32,000 nt of DNA. It comes from Serratia symbiotica str. 'Cinara cedri'. GTDB taxonomy: Bacteria > Pseudomonadota > Gammaproteobacteria > Enterobacterales > Enterobacteriaceae. A model generated the notes under the pieces. The model was not told the origin of the DNA and did no database searches. It saw only the letters and a list, made by a program, of their open reading frames with translations. Location: the NCBI GenBank assembly GCA_000238975.1, contig CP002295.1, positions 1,570,299 to 1,602,298 of the forward strand, written 5' to 3'. Position numbers and translations under genes: made by a program. This document shows positions 1-12,934 of the stretch, one piece after another (position 1 is the stretch's first letter; every line of letters starts with the position of its first letter).

Positions 1-1414
1 TTTAATAACAACATTAAAGCAATACTGTTCTATAATAATAATTATTAATCTGTGATATTATTAATAATTCATCTATTATAGTAACATAGTTAACTTAACT
101 TAAGAATATATTTTACGATACGATCTAATCTACTATGCGCATATCAAGAATAATATTTATGATCTGTATTTATTATCTTTCATATAAAATAAATATTAGT
201 TATCAGCCCATAAACTATCTATAACAATATTCGTTACCCATTAATGAAAGTTAAATTAAATTTCTGATATGTTAATTTATCTCACCACCATAGTAATTAA
301 AACCATAGTAATTATATAAATAAAAATTTATGTATAAATCATTCTCACCCATAAAGATAACTATATAAAAATTATTTAAATTAGCACTCAAGATATTTAT
401 TACTTAGATATTATTGATCCGCAACTTTAATTATTTTAAAATATACAACCGATACATATCGTATATTATAGATTAAGTATTAAATTTTAATATCATTATC
501 AATTAAGATAACATATTTAAATATTAACACAAACAGTTAAATGCTGCTGAGTATCTTTTAACTAGTGCATATCAAATAATTTTAATTGATATTACTACTA
601 TCCCCAATAACCATAACATTAATGTCACAAAAATATGAAACATATAAATAGCTAGGACATATTAAAAATATACTTATTTATACCTACCGTACTGCAAATT
701 ATATATCAGTTAACTTTCTGAACAAATATAAAATAGGTAACTAGTATGATATCATGCAATTATATCTATATTCTAATGTCTCTTGCGCAAGTAACCTGCT
801 TGATACTATATGAATTCAAGCATACTAGTCATGTTTACTGACTCTTTAAATACTTATACTCATTAAATAATATCTATGCAAAATTATAAAAATATTATAT
901 ATATTATATTAATCAATATATTAATTATTAATTAATAATAATATTGCAGCTAATGCAATATGGGCTGCAGAATAATATTAAAGATTTATCATATAAATAC
1001 ATAATTAATGATTAATGTTCATTAAGTTAAAAACTATTTTTACCTAAAGGGAATATGCATGCCAATAAAAAAACTTCTTGCTTACTATAATGGTTTAAGT
1101 AAAAATTAAAATATAATAATGATAACTATTATTATATTTTATTGTCTCAATAAGATTATATAAGCACAAATAATAAACTAATAATATATAATGTCTAACA
1201 TCAAGTATTTCATCTTATCGTAACAAATTTATTACTAATTATTAATTAAAAATACCTTAACCTAGCTAATAAGCGCGATATTACTTTTCATAAAAATACC
1301 AATCCAATTAATATACAAGACAAATGCATTCAGTAGTATTACCTAGTATCGCCTTAATATAATATATAATGAATCTATGAAACGCTAACACAATAAGACT
1401 TAATAGGAGGCGGG

Positions 1415-2941
1415 GTGGATAATAATTTAATTTATTGGATAGGTGGGGTGCTAATCGGCCTTTTGCTTGGATGGATTATTACTAGTCTACAAGCACGGCA
1501 AACTAATACGCGGCATAAAACTCAGCTACGTTTACTCGAACAGGAGTCACAAAAAATACAACAAATAACAATAGCTCAAGAGACAACATTGCAAAATCGT
1601 GAGGAACAAATACGTCAAAATGATTTAGAGCTACGTAATGTATATAACCAACTTGCAGCGGAGAAAGAAAAAGGACAACAACTAAATCACTGGCAGAACG
1701 AGTATAAATCACTCAATCAAAAACTGTATGACCAGCAAGTAATTAATAACGCACGTGAAAACGAACTACGTGAAGTTACTATTCGGCTAAAGGAGACACG
1801 CATAGCTGCGGAAGAAAAACAGCGTCTACTAATTAATAGCGAGCAGCGCCTCACTACCCAATTTGAAAATTTAGCAAACCGTATTTTTGAACATAGTAGA
1901 TATAAAATAAGCGAACAAAATCAACAAAGCCTAGATCACATGCTTTTACCGTTACGTGAGCAATTAGATGGCTTTAAACGACAAATACAAGATAGCTTTG
2001 GACAAGAGGCGCGTGAGCGCCACACACTAATACATGAAATACATAATTTACAAAAATTAAATGCTCAAATATCACGTGAAGCTATCAACCTTACCCAAGC
2101 ACTAAAAGGAGGTAATAAAACTCAAGGCAACTGGGGTGAAGTAATACTAAGTCGAGTACTAGAAGCCTCTGGGTTACGAGAAGGACATGAATATGAAGCC
2201 CAGTGTAATATACGAGTAGATGATCATAACCGTATGCAACCAGATGTGATCGTCCGTCTTCCGCGGGGAAGAGATGTAGTGATTGATGCCAAAGTGTCAT
2301 TAATTGCTTATGAACGTTATTTCAATAGTGAAGAAAGTATGGTTCGTGAGGCAGAGTTAAATAAGCATATTATTTCATTACGTGACCATATCCGACTACT
2401 TGGGCGTAAAGATTATCAGAAGTTACCGGGATTGCGTTCACTGAATTATATACTGATGTTTATCCCTATAGAACCAGCATTTCTACTAGCAATTAATCGT
2501 GAGCCCGAATTAATTTATGAGGCACTGAAACATAACATTATGCTGGTGAGCCCAACTACGCTGCTAGTAGCACTACGTACTATTACTAACCTTTGGCACC
2601 ATGAACACCAAAGCCAAAATACTCAACGTATTGCAAGCCGAGCCACGCAGCTATATGATAAGATGCGGTTATTTGTAGATGAGATGATTTCATTAGGACA
2701 TAGTCTAGATAAATCGCAGAGTAGTTATCTCCAAGCAATGAATAAACTCAGTACTGGCCGCGGTAACCTTATAAGCCAGGCTGAAAATTTACGCGCATTA
2801 GGGGTTGAAGTAAAGCGACCAATTAATCCTTTAATAACCCAGCATGCTAGTGAACAACAAGATATAGTTAAAGAAGAAGCAATCGAAGCACAGGTTAACA
2901 CACTTATGCAAACAAACAAAACATGCGATCAAAAATTATGA
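1415..2941 (+). CDS. rmuC: RmuC family protein (DNA recombination protein RmuC)
   Basis: 508-aa ORF with a GTG start preceded by a TAGGAGG Shine-Dalgarno. N-terminal hydrophobic segment, coiled-coil region, then RmuC core motifs: NSEQRLTTQFENLANRIFEHS, LKGGNKTQGNWGEVILSRVLEASGLREG, RMQPDVIVRLPRGRDVVIDAK, LMFIPIEPAFLLA, NIMLVSPTTLLVALRTI. Confidence 0.97.
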   Translation: MDNNLIYWIGGVLIGLLLGWIITSLQARQTNTRHKTQLRLLEQESQKIQQITIAQETTLQNREEQIRQNDLELRNVYNQLAAEKEKGQQLNHWQNEYKSLNQKLYDQQVINNARENELREVTIRLKETRIAAEEKQRLLINSEQRLTTQFENLANRIFEHSRYKISEQNQQSLDHMLLPLREQLDGFKRQIQDSFGQEARERHTLIHEIHNLQKLNAQISREAINLTQALKGGNKTQGNWGEVILSRVLEASGLREGHEYEAQCNIRVDDHNRMQPDVIVRLPRGRDVVIDAKVSLIAYERYFNSEESMVREAELNKHIISLRDHIRLLGRKDYQKLPGLRSLNYILMFIPIEPAFLLAINREPELIYEALKHNIMLVSPTTLLVALRTITNLWHHEHQSQNTQRIASRATQLYDKMRLFVDEMISLGHSLDKSQSSYLQAMNKLSTGRGNLISQAENLRALGVEVKRPINPLITQHASEQQDIVKEEAIEAQVNTLMQTNKTCDQKL

Positions 2942-4362
2942 TTACCACTTCATACTTTTAAGCTCCCTAGAACAAAAGGTTATTTTACAAGATGTTTCTG
3001 GGGTACTAAAGAATACTAAATTAACCACATGATAAGTATCATATAGTAAAATAGTAAAAATTATAAACAACTAATAATTTAATTTTGACTCTATTGTCAA
3101 AGACAAAAAGCAAATCACAATAGCGAATATTTTCATTACGTAGTAGTAAAATATAACGTGACACAATGATAATCTAATGCTATTTAATATTCATAATACC
3201 TAACAGCATTTTACTACCAAATATCACTAAGTACATCATGAATGGAAGATGATAGATTTAGTTGGCAATACAAATAAATTAACTTAACAACTATATTCTC
3301 TAGTATTCTGGGTAATAGAGTCGATAGTAATATCAAAAATATCAATAAATTTATACTTAAAATTGCACTTAAAAAGCATACTATCATAGCATAGTAAACA
3401 ATACTATAAATTATCTACAGTCCGAGATCATGGAGAAGCATAACTATTACCTAATAACCATTATCCCGAATAACTATTTTCATAGTATTATGCTTCATAG
3501 TATCATGATTTTTAGCCTGCATAACGTGAGCCGCAAAAACTAAAGCACTATGTTTCATACTCTAAGTACTAAATATAAACAACTATCTGATAGCATATCA
3601 AGCCCAACGCCCAAACTTTGGTAATATGAAATCAAGCTTATGACATAACTATTGCTTCCATGTGCTACTAAAAAATTGTGCACTAATAATTAAGGATTTA
3701 GAAAGATATTACTATATAACCCAATCGCTCCTTATGTTTAATTAATCAGCTTAAAAAGCATAATAGTGAGCACTAATTTTAATAACATCATCTATTTTGA
3801 CCTAACTAGTGAAACCATATACCTGTACTATAAATACAAATTTATAAACTAATATGCCAATACTACTATAAGTAGTATGCTCACTAGATAGTTAAAGCTA
3901 GATAGTTAGGGGCTATACTCAATAAATTAATATTTCATCATTAAAGTATAAAATTATTTCAACATAATTTAACAGGAAAGATACTATCTATTGAGCTCAA
4001 TGAATTAACCTATTATCTACTAGTTCTAACGTTAGAAAGTAATGATGCAGTATATCTGACAACATAAAGAATATTATACCAATTATACGGTATACAGTCT
4101 TATTTCAGTACTAATAAAGTTATGCAAATACCAGCAAATAAGGATATTAATATAGCAATATACGTTAATTATAGCAGGTTAATATTAAGATGATACAAAA
4201 GTTAACATTAAGATAATACAAAAACTAGCCTAATACTACACCTAATAGAATGTGGTATTATCATATTACTCAAATTCCATATTAGAGATACTACTACTCA
4301 GATATATTACTACTGATAGTATTACCAGTTCTTAGGTTCTTTAGCAAAAAATAACCTTGTAA

Positions 4363-4533
4363 ATTTTATTTACAGCAATAGTAATCGAAGAACGCGGAAA
4401 CACTAATGTAATAATGGTATGTAGCCACTTGCCCTCTAACAAGAGCATGGTGCATAAAGACATTAATGCAATAACCCACGGTATTCAAGAACTAATATCT
4501 CTCATCAATCAACTAATTGACAAGAAAAATTGA
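4363..4533 (+). pseudogene. Unassigned coding-like remnant (possible pseudogene tail)
   Basis: Open frame in a locally GC-richer patch encoding ...IVIEERGNTNVIMVCSHLPSNKSMVHKDINAITHGIQELISLINQLIDKKN*. It has no clear start codon and no family could be assigned from memory. Confidence 0.25.
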
Positions 4534-6652
4534 CACTACCTCTATGAACTATGCTACTTATATTTAATTATTTGCGTTTTTTAATTATTATCTAGATAAA
4601 TGAAGTTATAAAATATACCTAACCTCGCCCTAACGCTTCAACCTCTAGTTGCTCTTTAGATTCCATAAAGATATTAGATAAAATAAGTAGATAAAAGATT
4701 ACATTAGTACTATAAAACCTTGAAAACCTATATAAATAATATTTAGCCAAATAATGTCAACTTACCGCAATCTATTTTTACCGTATGCAACTAATTGACT
4801 CATGATACTATATGAATTAGTGAATTCATTTAATAAAACATTAACATACTAGTCTCGCAAACAAACGATTAATTATAATCTTAAGTCTTAGTTTGATAAT
4901 TTTGACTAATAATCACTAACGTCAGCCTCTATTGCACACATGCATAGTACAAAAATAAAAAAACCACTAAACAAGAAATGATGCTCTAGTTAAACTAATA
5001 TAACCAAATATTAAGCCAATTATTAAAGATGATGTTACTCTGGTCTATCACTGCAATAGCTGAGTCTCGATACTAGTACTAGATGATTACTATCTACATC
5101 CATGGTAGGCATACATAAATATATAAATACTTTATCAGATACATTACATTTGCTACATAAAGCATCTAATGAAATTTATTCATAATGAAATTTCCAAGCT
5201 AGCCCTATATTATATACTCCTAAACTATATAATAATTACTACTATGAGATACTTTTGGTAATAAAATAAATCTATAGAACTCCTATTTTCTTAGAGATTA
5301 CCGCATTAGAGAGCAGCAAAAAACTAATATTAAGCTAATAACTTAATACAAATAATATTTAAATATTATTTACTGAAATATCTCATGACATCTTATCCTA
5401 AACTGATATATGTAATAATATTTTATTGATTACTAGTACTTATAAAGTCCTGTTATATCCATATTGACTGTGATATATATATTTTTCTAAATAAAAATAA
5501 TCAACAATATTGAGCAAAAAATTTAATGCCTTTTTAATATAAATTATTATAAAATAGCAACAATATATATTAACTTAAATTCAATCACATGAAACAATAG
5601 CTTCATAAATTTTAAATACGTTATTGACACAGTATATAAACCAATATTTAAAATAACATCAATATAGAACTTATACAGTAATCTGCTATTAAATCTACTT
5701 AATATAAACATACTGCTGCAATATAAAAAAGCAACTAGTATATAACTAGAGTTATTATAGAACACCATATCTTATATCAAAGATATAGGAGCATATCTAT
5801 ACCTACAATGATCTTTATGAGCTACCTCTAAATTTTTTTCTTAAAAAATAGCTATATGAAAAATATTAATATACATATAGCAATACCTATACTAGTAGAA
5901 AAATACTATCCTAGGATAGGAACTGGCCAAATTACTAAAAATACTTTACTATAACTTATAATAATATATATTACTATAAAAATTAAATAACTAATTAGCA
6001 ATAGGGACAAAAATACGTCAAAAACAAACACTTTATTTGCTAAATATGAAGATAGGACTGCACTATTAGTTATGAGCACACTACTGTTATTATAAACCGA
6101 TAGCACATTTTCTTATATTAAATACTAATACCGGTATTATATTTTAGATTATTGACTAATAGTGCACTTCTGCATCTGTCTAATTAACTAATTAATACTA
6201 ATATTTTTAATCCTTTTCAGGATAAAAAATAGGATTAATAATGTTAGTATGCACTATTATCAGCCATCTTATTAATCATGACGCTGTCGTTAAGCACTAA
6301 CATCTTACACATTAAATAGTAATTATCTTACAAATCTATAATAGCTAAGATAAATTGCTTGAATCATATCAATTATATGGCGCAATAAGTGAGCAATCCA
6401 TTACTAAATTAACATAAACACCAAAACAAAAAGTAAATATAAGTAATAGTTGATATTAATTATAGTCAATTTTTAATAACTTTTCTAACTTATCTCTTAA
6501 TTATTTAGGTAGATTAATCATTAAGTAACAAATATTATAATTACTAATGATATACATATCAATACTAGTTAGTAATATTAATATCACATTAGATTACTTA
6601 GACACTAAGACGACAATAACTGTAATAAAACATACTTCATCATATAGCTCTA

Positions 6653-6694
6653 ATATCAAATATCAAATATCAAATATCAAATATCAAATATCAA
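6653..6694. repeat. Short tandem repeat, 6 x ATATCAA (7-bp unit)
   Basis: Six perfect consecutive copies of ATATCAA, followed at about 6696-6714 by about 2.7 copies of AAAATAT. Confidence 0.95.
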
Positions 6695-9423
6695 TAAAAT
6701 ATAAAATATAAAATAAGTAATACAATCATTACTGTACACTTGCTACGATAAATACACCATAAATATATTTGTGTATATTCTATAAATTGTTAATCTAGCA
6801 GTTAATTAATACTATGATTACTACTATATAGGCACTCTAAATGCGTAACACACTTAGTTACTACACCAGATATAAGTATTATTTATAAGTTTATTATATA
6901 GATGCTCATAAATTCACTAACTAGTAATCATTACTATGATATATTGTTGAAAAAAAATCATACCACTTATAAATTGCATAATTTTATTCCAAAAAAAATT
7001 ATTCATCTATATTATTAAATAGTTAGTCGTTTTTTCATTAAAAACTTACATTAATAAAATTTACTAATAGAATAATAATACTATTTATTAAATAATCATG
7101 AATGTGAAACAACATAATTTACACTCATGCCATGATAAAGCTCTATACCCCCATAAACATTAAACTCATATTATTGATATTTATTAAGTTAATATCATAA
7201 TCAAGATATATTATTATAAAATGAAAGATATGTATACACCTTTATCACATAGACACTATATAGCATAAACGTTAATTAACAATACCTCTATTAATTTCTA
7301 ATAGTATACTATTTTAATATCTATGAGAACTGTACTTACTGTGTCATGACTCTATGTATCTAGATACATTCTATTAAGAATGTATCACAGCTATAATTGC
7401 TGGCACTAATATTAATTACTACTTTAATTATATAATAGTACTGTTTATAATATTTTGCGCAGCTTTGTATAAAGCTATTACCGTAATTTATCTTTTATAT
7501 AGTTCAATCACTTAATTGTTATATCTAAAAATAGATTTTTTTATTATTAATTAAAGCGTTAATGATAGTAATATTATTAACGCTTATAGATATATTGTTA
7601 TATATTTACTAAAAAACTAAGATATATACTTTATATAATCAGGATTTATTATATTATTTTATATAAATATATACTATGTAACATCAGAACAAAAAATCAA
7701 AAATAATACAATCTAATATTATTTATAATTATTTATAATAATGGGTAACTTCTATACATAGAATAGTAATAATAGTAAACAGATATCTTGAATATTTTTA
7801 GTGATAAGAAAATATAAACTGTTTATTTCATATCTACTCTCTAATAAAATATATATACTATATTTTACTAATTATTGTATTTTACAAGCTATCTGCTAAA
7901 CACGAAAGAACAGTCAACGATCTACTTTAGATTAAAGTAATAATAAGTAATTACTACCATTATAGATTAAGTAAATACAATAAAAATTGTCTTATACATA
8001 ATTATCAAATCATTAATTTATATATATCTAATAATATAACTAAAATAGTATATTTAATAAATAAATATATTTGATCAATAATATCAAAATAGTATTAAAA
8101 AATATTTTGATTAATTTAAACTATATTATGCAGAAAATAAAATACATATGTGGCATAGGATATGATTGATGGTTACATTAGAAATCCATTAGAGATTATT
8201 TATAATCCAGATACTAAGTAAATATTCAAGTAATATATTATTATATTAATAATACTTCGTAATATCATATCCACTACATAATATACTAAGATTTAATAAA
8301 AATATAAATGATAGACTTAAAATATCTATTAGATAAATATAGCTACTGATAACAAAAAAACATAAGAGATTGCCAAAAATATTCAAGAAAGGCACAAATA
8401 GATATACAATAGATATTAAATAGATAATAATAAAAATAAGTATGCTTTATCTAGATGTAATGTTGCACTAATAAAAAGAACTTTTCTCCTAACCACCTTT
8501 GTTTTACTAAATATCTAGTACAGTATACTATATATATTATCATTATTTACATAAAATCACGAAATAACTATAGGAATGCTCTTTGAGCATAATATCGCGC
8601 ATTAGCTTATAAATTCTCTCCGGTATAAATTGTGCTCACTTCTTTAACTAAGCATATAACTTATTATTTATATAACATTACCATATTACGCTACAATAAA
8701 CATTGTTTAAAATGTAATTTAGATATCATATTTAATACATAATATTGTATTATACACAGGATTTATGTCTATTTTTAGCTAAATTTACTATTTATATTAT
8801 ACCTTTTAACATTTTACATCATTCAAAATTTAACTATACTGCCTATTGTGTAGATTAAGTTAAAAATAATTATTAAATACACATATTCTTTTTGCGCACT
8901 ATAAATATTGTATAAATTATTCTAACACACTATTAATAACTAACCCTAGATCCTATATTTATAACTATAGATATAATATCTATAAACCGATAAAACTCTA
9001 ACTAACGTAATTTATAGATTATTAAGCACCCTATATACTATTATTACTATTAATTTATCAAAAAATACATAAATCTACTTAAGCTTTATGTGTCATTGAT
9101 AATATCAGCACTAATATGCTACATATAAAACTATATAAAACATTGTAAACTACAAATGCGCTAATATAGCCTCAAATAATTTATTACACATAATTTTCAC
9201 AAAATGAATTGGACTTAAACAATTAATTTATTACTAATTACAATATTAATAAGACTATAATAATATTTAAATTAAAAAATAAATTTTAATCTTGAGACAT
9301 AAAAATTCTTTTTATAGATATATAAAAATAATTTATCATCCTGAATTAAGTTTCAGATGAATAGTATTAAAAATATTCCCTAAGTGCTCTTACTAGAAAA
9401 ATAGTTACTACAACAAATAGTGA

Positions 9424-9497
9424 TCGGCGAGAGAGGATTTGAACCTCCGACCCACTGGTCCCAAACCAGTTGCGCTACCAAGCTGCGCCACTCGCCG
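9424..9497 (-). tRNA. proM: tRNA-Pro(TGG)
   Basis: Reverse complement CGGCGAGTGGCGCAGCTTGGTAGCGCAACTGGTTTGGGACCAGTGGGTCGGAGGTTCAAATCCTCTCTCGCCGA folds as a canonical cloverleaf. Anticodon TGG. The gene is followed by TCA instead of CCA. Confidence 0.97.
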
Positions 9498-9541
9498 CTT
9501 TTATCATAGATATTATCATTATTATATATACATTATCATGA

Positions 9542-9625
9542 TGCGAAGAGAGGGACTTGAACCCTCACATCCATAAGGATACCAGCACCTGAAGCTAACG
9601 CGTCTACCAATTCCGCCATCTTCGC
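9542..9625 (-). tRNA. leuT: tRNA-Leu(CAG)
   Basis: Reverse complement GCGAAGATGGCGGAATTGGTAGACGCGTTAGCTTCAGGTGCTGGTATCCTTATGGATGTGAGGGTTCAAGTCCCTCTCTTCGCA. Class II tRNA with a long variable arm, anticodon CAG, followed by TCA. Confidence 0.96.
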
Positions 9626-9660
9626 GTATACAAGAAATAAATTACAAGTTTTTAATTTGG

Positions 9661-9734
9661 GGTGGCTAATGGGACTTGAACCCACGACAACTGGAATCAC
9701 AATCCAGGACTCTACCAACTGAGCTATAGCCACC
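9661..9734 (-). tRNA. hisR: tRNA-His(GTG)
   Basis: Reverse complement GGTGGCTATAGCTCAGTTGGTAGAGTCCTGGATTGTGATTCCAGTTGTCGTGGGTTCAAGTCCCATTAGCCACC. Anticodon GTG, followed by an encoded CCA at 9658-9660. Confidence 0.97.
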
Positions 9735-9795
9735 ATAACATCTTCACTAAGTATATTAAAACTAATATTAAAAATAATCCACAGAAAATTAATAA

Positions 9796-9869
<74 letters not shown>

Positions 9870-11249
9870 ATATAAAAGATAATATTACGAATTTATACTA
9901 ACACTGTCTAGTGCTTTACATAAAAATATTTTTTATTAAATTATACTGTATGTTTTCTTATACAAGAAAATATAATTTTTTATGAATTATTACTGGTTAA
10001 TATTACGTTCTATATACTTTAAACTAAATAATATTATCTTCCTAGTGTCTTATAAAAATAATATAAATATAGTTCAACGCACCAAGAAAGGTACTCTAAC
10101 TAATAAAGAAATATATATCTATATTAATCTAATCGTTAAATAATTTACAGCAAGTAATATCATAAACTTAAAGCTATAAATTTTACTAACATACTTATTA
10201 TTCGTATAATATAAATATTATCTAATATTAATAATAAGTTATCATTTTACACAATTTTATCACTATACATAGTGTAGTACACATATGATTTATCTAATTT
10301 TTAATCAATACTATATCATTAAAATAAAACTCTATTAATTAAATATCATGTTTATGGTAATTAAATATATTTTTTAATATTAGTTTTACTCTCAATCTCT
10401 AAAATAACCTTATATAATACATAGCATATAATTTAGATACTCTTAATTTAATAGAGGATTAAATATTATAAAAAATATATCTTTAGATAATTTCATCTCT
10501 TATAAAAATAAATACATACACTATATCTAGTAATGTAATTTATTTTATATTAACTAAAAACATAATGACTAATTATTAGAAAATTATTTAAATATATTTA
10601 TTATAAATACGTTCAATTCATTTACTTATACAATTATCTATAAGTAATAAAAATAACACATATTAATCGTGTATATAAATCTACATATTGTGATATGTAC
10701 ACATAACCTATAGCTAAATTGGCTATATATCCCCTTTCACGAGATACTTATCTCAATATGACAAAGCTAAAATACCTATATAGTTATTATTATTTTTAAT
10801 AAAACCTATTAATAATACTTGCTATTTTTCAAGTATATCAAAATGATAGTATTTAACTATAAACAATAACCTACTAGAATTTATTTTAATCAAACTAAAT
10901 AAATGTTTTCGATAGTTTAATGGTAAATAGAACAATCATGCATAAGACATCTAAGGATAGCATAATTTTTAAGCGATATAATTGTGTATTTAGTATCATA
11001 CTAAATTTTTCAATTTTTGAAACCAATGAGTATTATAAAGTCAATGATAGTAATATATATCAATATCATCAAATTGCTTATAATTTGATACTATACTTAT
11101 AACTAATAAATTTTAGTATTTTTAATCGAAAGATTATATGATTTAGTCAACTTCACAATCAATAAAATACTCTATCCCTATATTATGCCAAGCCTTAAGA
11201 AGCACATTTAACATAATAAAAATATACCATAAGTACCCTTACACCAACA

Positions 11250-12060
11250 TATACCATACATGCACATAGATGCACTTTGCCCCAATCATACATTAAAATA
11301 TTCTACTGTAGATATACCACAGCCAAAGTAGCTATAACTAACTAATTATAATAGACACATTTAAATAAAGAAAGTGCTATTCTTGCTTAAAATGAATCAT
11401 CTTTACTACCAATATATTCACACGTGACTAACAACAAAGTTATGCTCAGCATCTACATAACACATACGGTTTACTACAGTTACAATTAATAATGCTCGTA
11501 TTCATTTATAACCAACGCCCTGAATTATAGCTCCATAAAAATAGGCACCGCTAAAGGTGATATTTCATTACCAAAATATTTACGATTTATTAAATTAAGT
11601 AAACTAAAGACTTTAGAGTACTTATATTCCACATCAACTAACATTAAGTTTGGTGCTAGATTTTTCTCTGCTTTGAGTATCTTTTTAGCACGCACTCCTA
11701 CTAACGCACTCTGCTTAACTTAATCGCCGATAAATAAAAAGTTAATACTTTACACTCTATTCATGAATAATATATTGTAGCGTTGCTACACGAACACCAA
11801 GTAAATAAAAAATATAAAACGCAATAAATTCAATAAGAATATAAAGTGCTAGCTCAATCTCTCCTTTAACTAACAAAAACTCTAATACTAATAACATATC
11901 TATAAGTTCCAAGCGATTAGTAGATACCTTAGCTTATGCCATATAAAATACATTCAAATCAATATCATTAAGAGACTCAGTAATTTTATTAAAATCGCAT
12001 ATAACATTATCAATCTAGAAAAATTTATTCTCCCAATTTAATAACTTACTACTAACATAG
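11250..12060 (-). pseudogene. wecD: Putative degraded wecD (dTDP-4-amino-4,6-dideoxygalactose acyltransferase); approximate bounds
   Basis: Minus strand just downstream of the rffH remnant reads FLLVKGEIELAL... (about 11838-11880), resembling the WecD segment FSLVEGEVDLAL, then GVRVATLQYIIHE, resembling the following DIPALRQLASAAF. Position matches the order rffH-wecD. Confidence 0.5.
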
Positions 12061-12069
12061 GTGCTTATG

Positions 12070-12934
12070 TAATAAATTTAACAAGTAATTATCATAACTG
12101 GCTTTAACTAATACCTTAGCTGCATAATGTATAATATGATCATCTAACTATCCATTACACCAAGTAATTTATTCTAGATAAATAATTTTCAACCCTTAAG
12201 ATTTTGCTGCTGATTTTACTACAGAAAAATACTAACCGCTAATAAACTACCACGAGTACTAGTATCCAGCTAGACACCACGCCCAAATCAATGGATACTA
12301 AGTTCACCGCGCTCTAGGTAAATTTGATTAATACCAGTGATTTTAGATTCGCCACGATATGAAAGCTTGATCCGCTGAATAAGCTCTACTACCTATGCAT
12401 CATAAAAATACAAACCAATTACTGCCCAATTTTACTTTGTAATAACATATTTCTTCTTAATTAATAGGGCACAATTATTATTGTCAAATACTACTCGACT
12501 AAATATCTCAGAATCCATCAGCCTAATAACCAAATAAAGTTGCGCTAGCAGTAGGTGCTGCAACATTTCTTAGCGTCGCGCTAAATCCAATCCTTAAGTA
12601 TAGTAAATATTATAACTTAGTAATAACCAACTAGGCTAGTCCAAAAAAGTTTCACCCATAAAAAATGCTTAAGTCACTCCATTTAAATTAGGTTGTTAAG
12701 TATGATAAAAATCAATACTAAATTCTTGACCACTATCCAGTGAAAGTGTAGAGGATGGTAGATTTTCTCTAGAGTAAAAACAATTAAGATATACCTAATT
12801 CCTGCCAATATTACAGCTAATAGCGGATAATAAATAATCGTCTTATCGTAAATAGCAAGCAATTATTTTAACACACCACGAGTAACAGGACATAATTTAG
12901 TACCTACACCATTAGTCAAAATAATACCTTTCAT
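12070..12934 (-). pseudogene. rffH: Degraded glucose-1-phosphate thymidylyltransferase (ECA pathway)
   Basis: Minus strand starts [37 protein letters not shown] (compare [38 protein letters not shown]). Near the end it reads YFYDA*VVELIQRIKLSYRGESKITGINQIYLERGEL...FGRGV*LDT (compare [37 protein letters not shown]...LGRGFAWLDT). Multiple stops and frameshifts. Confidence 0.95.

Noticed and set aside
1503-1712. Minus-strand 69-aa ORF and other antisense ORFs (2091-2300, 2725-2919) inside rmuC
   Set aside because: They lie antisense to a well-supported, conserved gene, have no recognisable family and are explained as shadow ORFs.
5547-6106. Minus-strand ORFs of 73 and 66 aa (5547-5768, 5906-6106)
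   Set aside because: Low-complexity Ile/Tyr/Ser-rich translations of AT-rich DNA with no ribosome-binding site or family resemblance; likely chance ORFs.
6653-6714. Possible CRISPR-like array
   Set aside because: The 7-bp unit is contiguous, without spacers, and no cas-like genes are present. It is a microsatellite.
9536-9736. 66-aa ORF on the minus strand (MVAIAQLVESWIV...)
   Set aside because: It is a translation across the tRNA-His and tRNA-Leu genes, not a protein gene.
10905-11102. 60-aa plus-strand ORF, and a tRNA-like string TCGATAGTTTAATGGTAAATAGAAC near 10911
   Set aside because: The ORF has no recognisable family. The tRNA-like 5' half lacks a matching T-arm and acceptor stem, so no cloverleaf can be supported.
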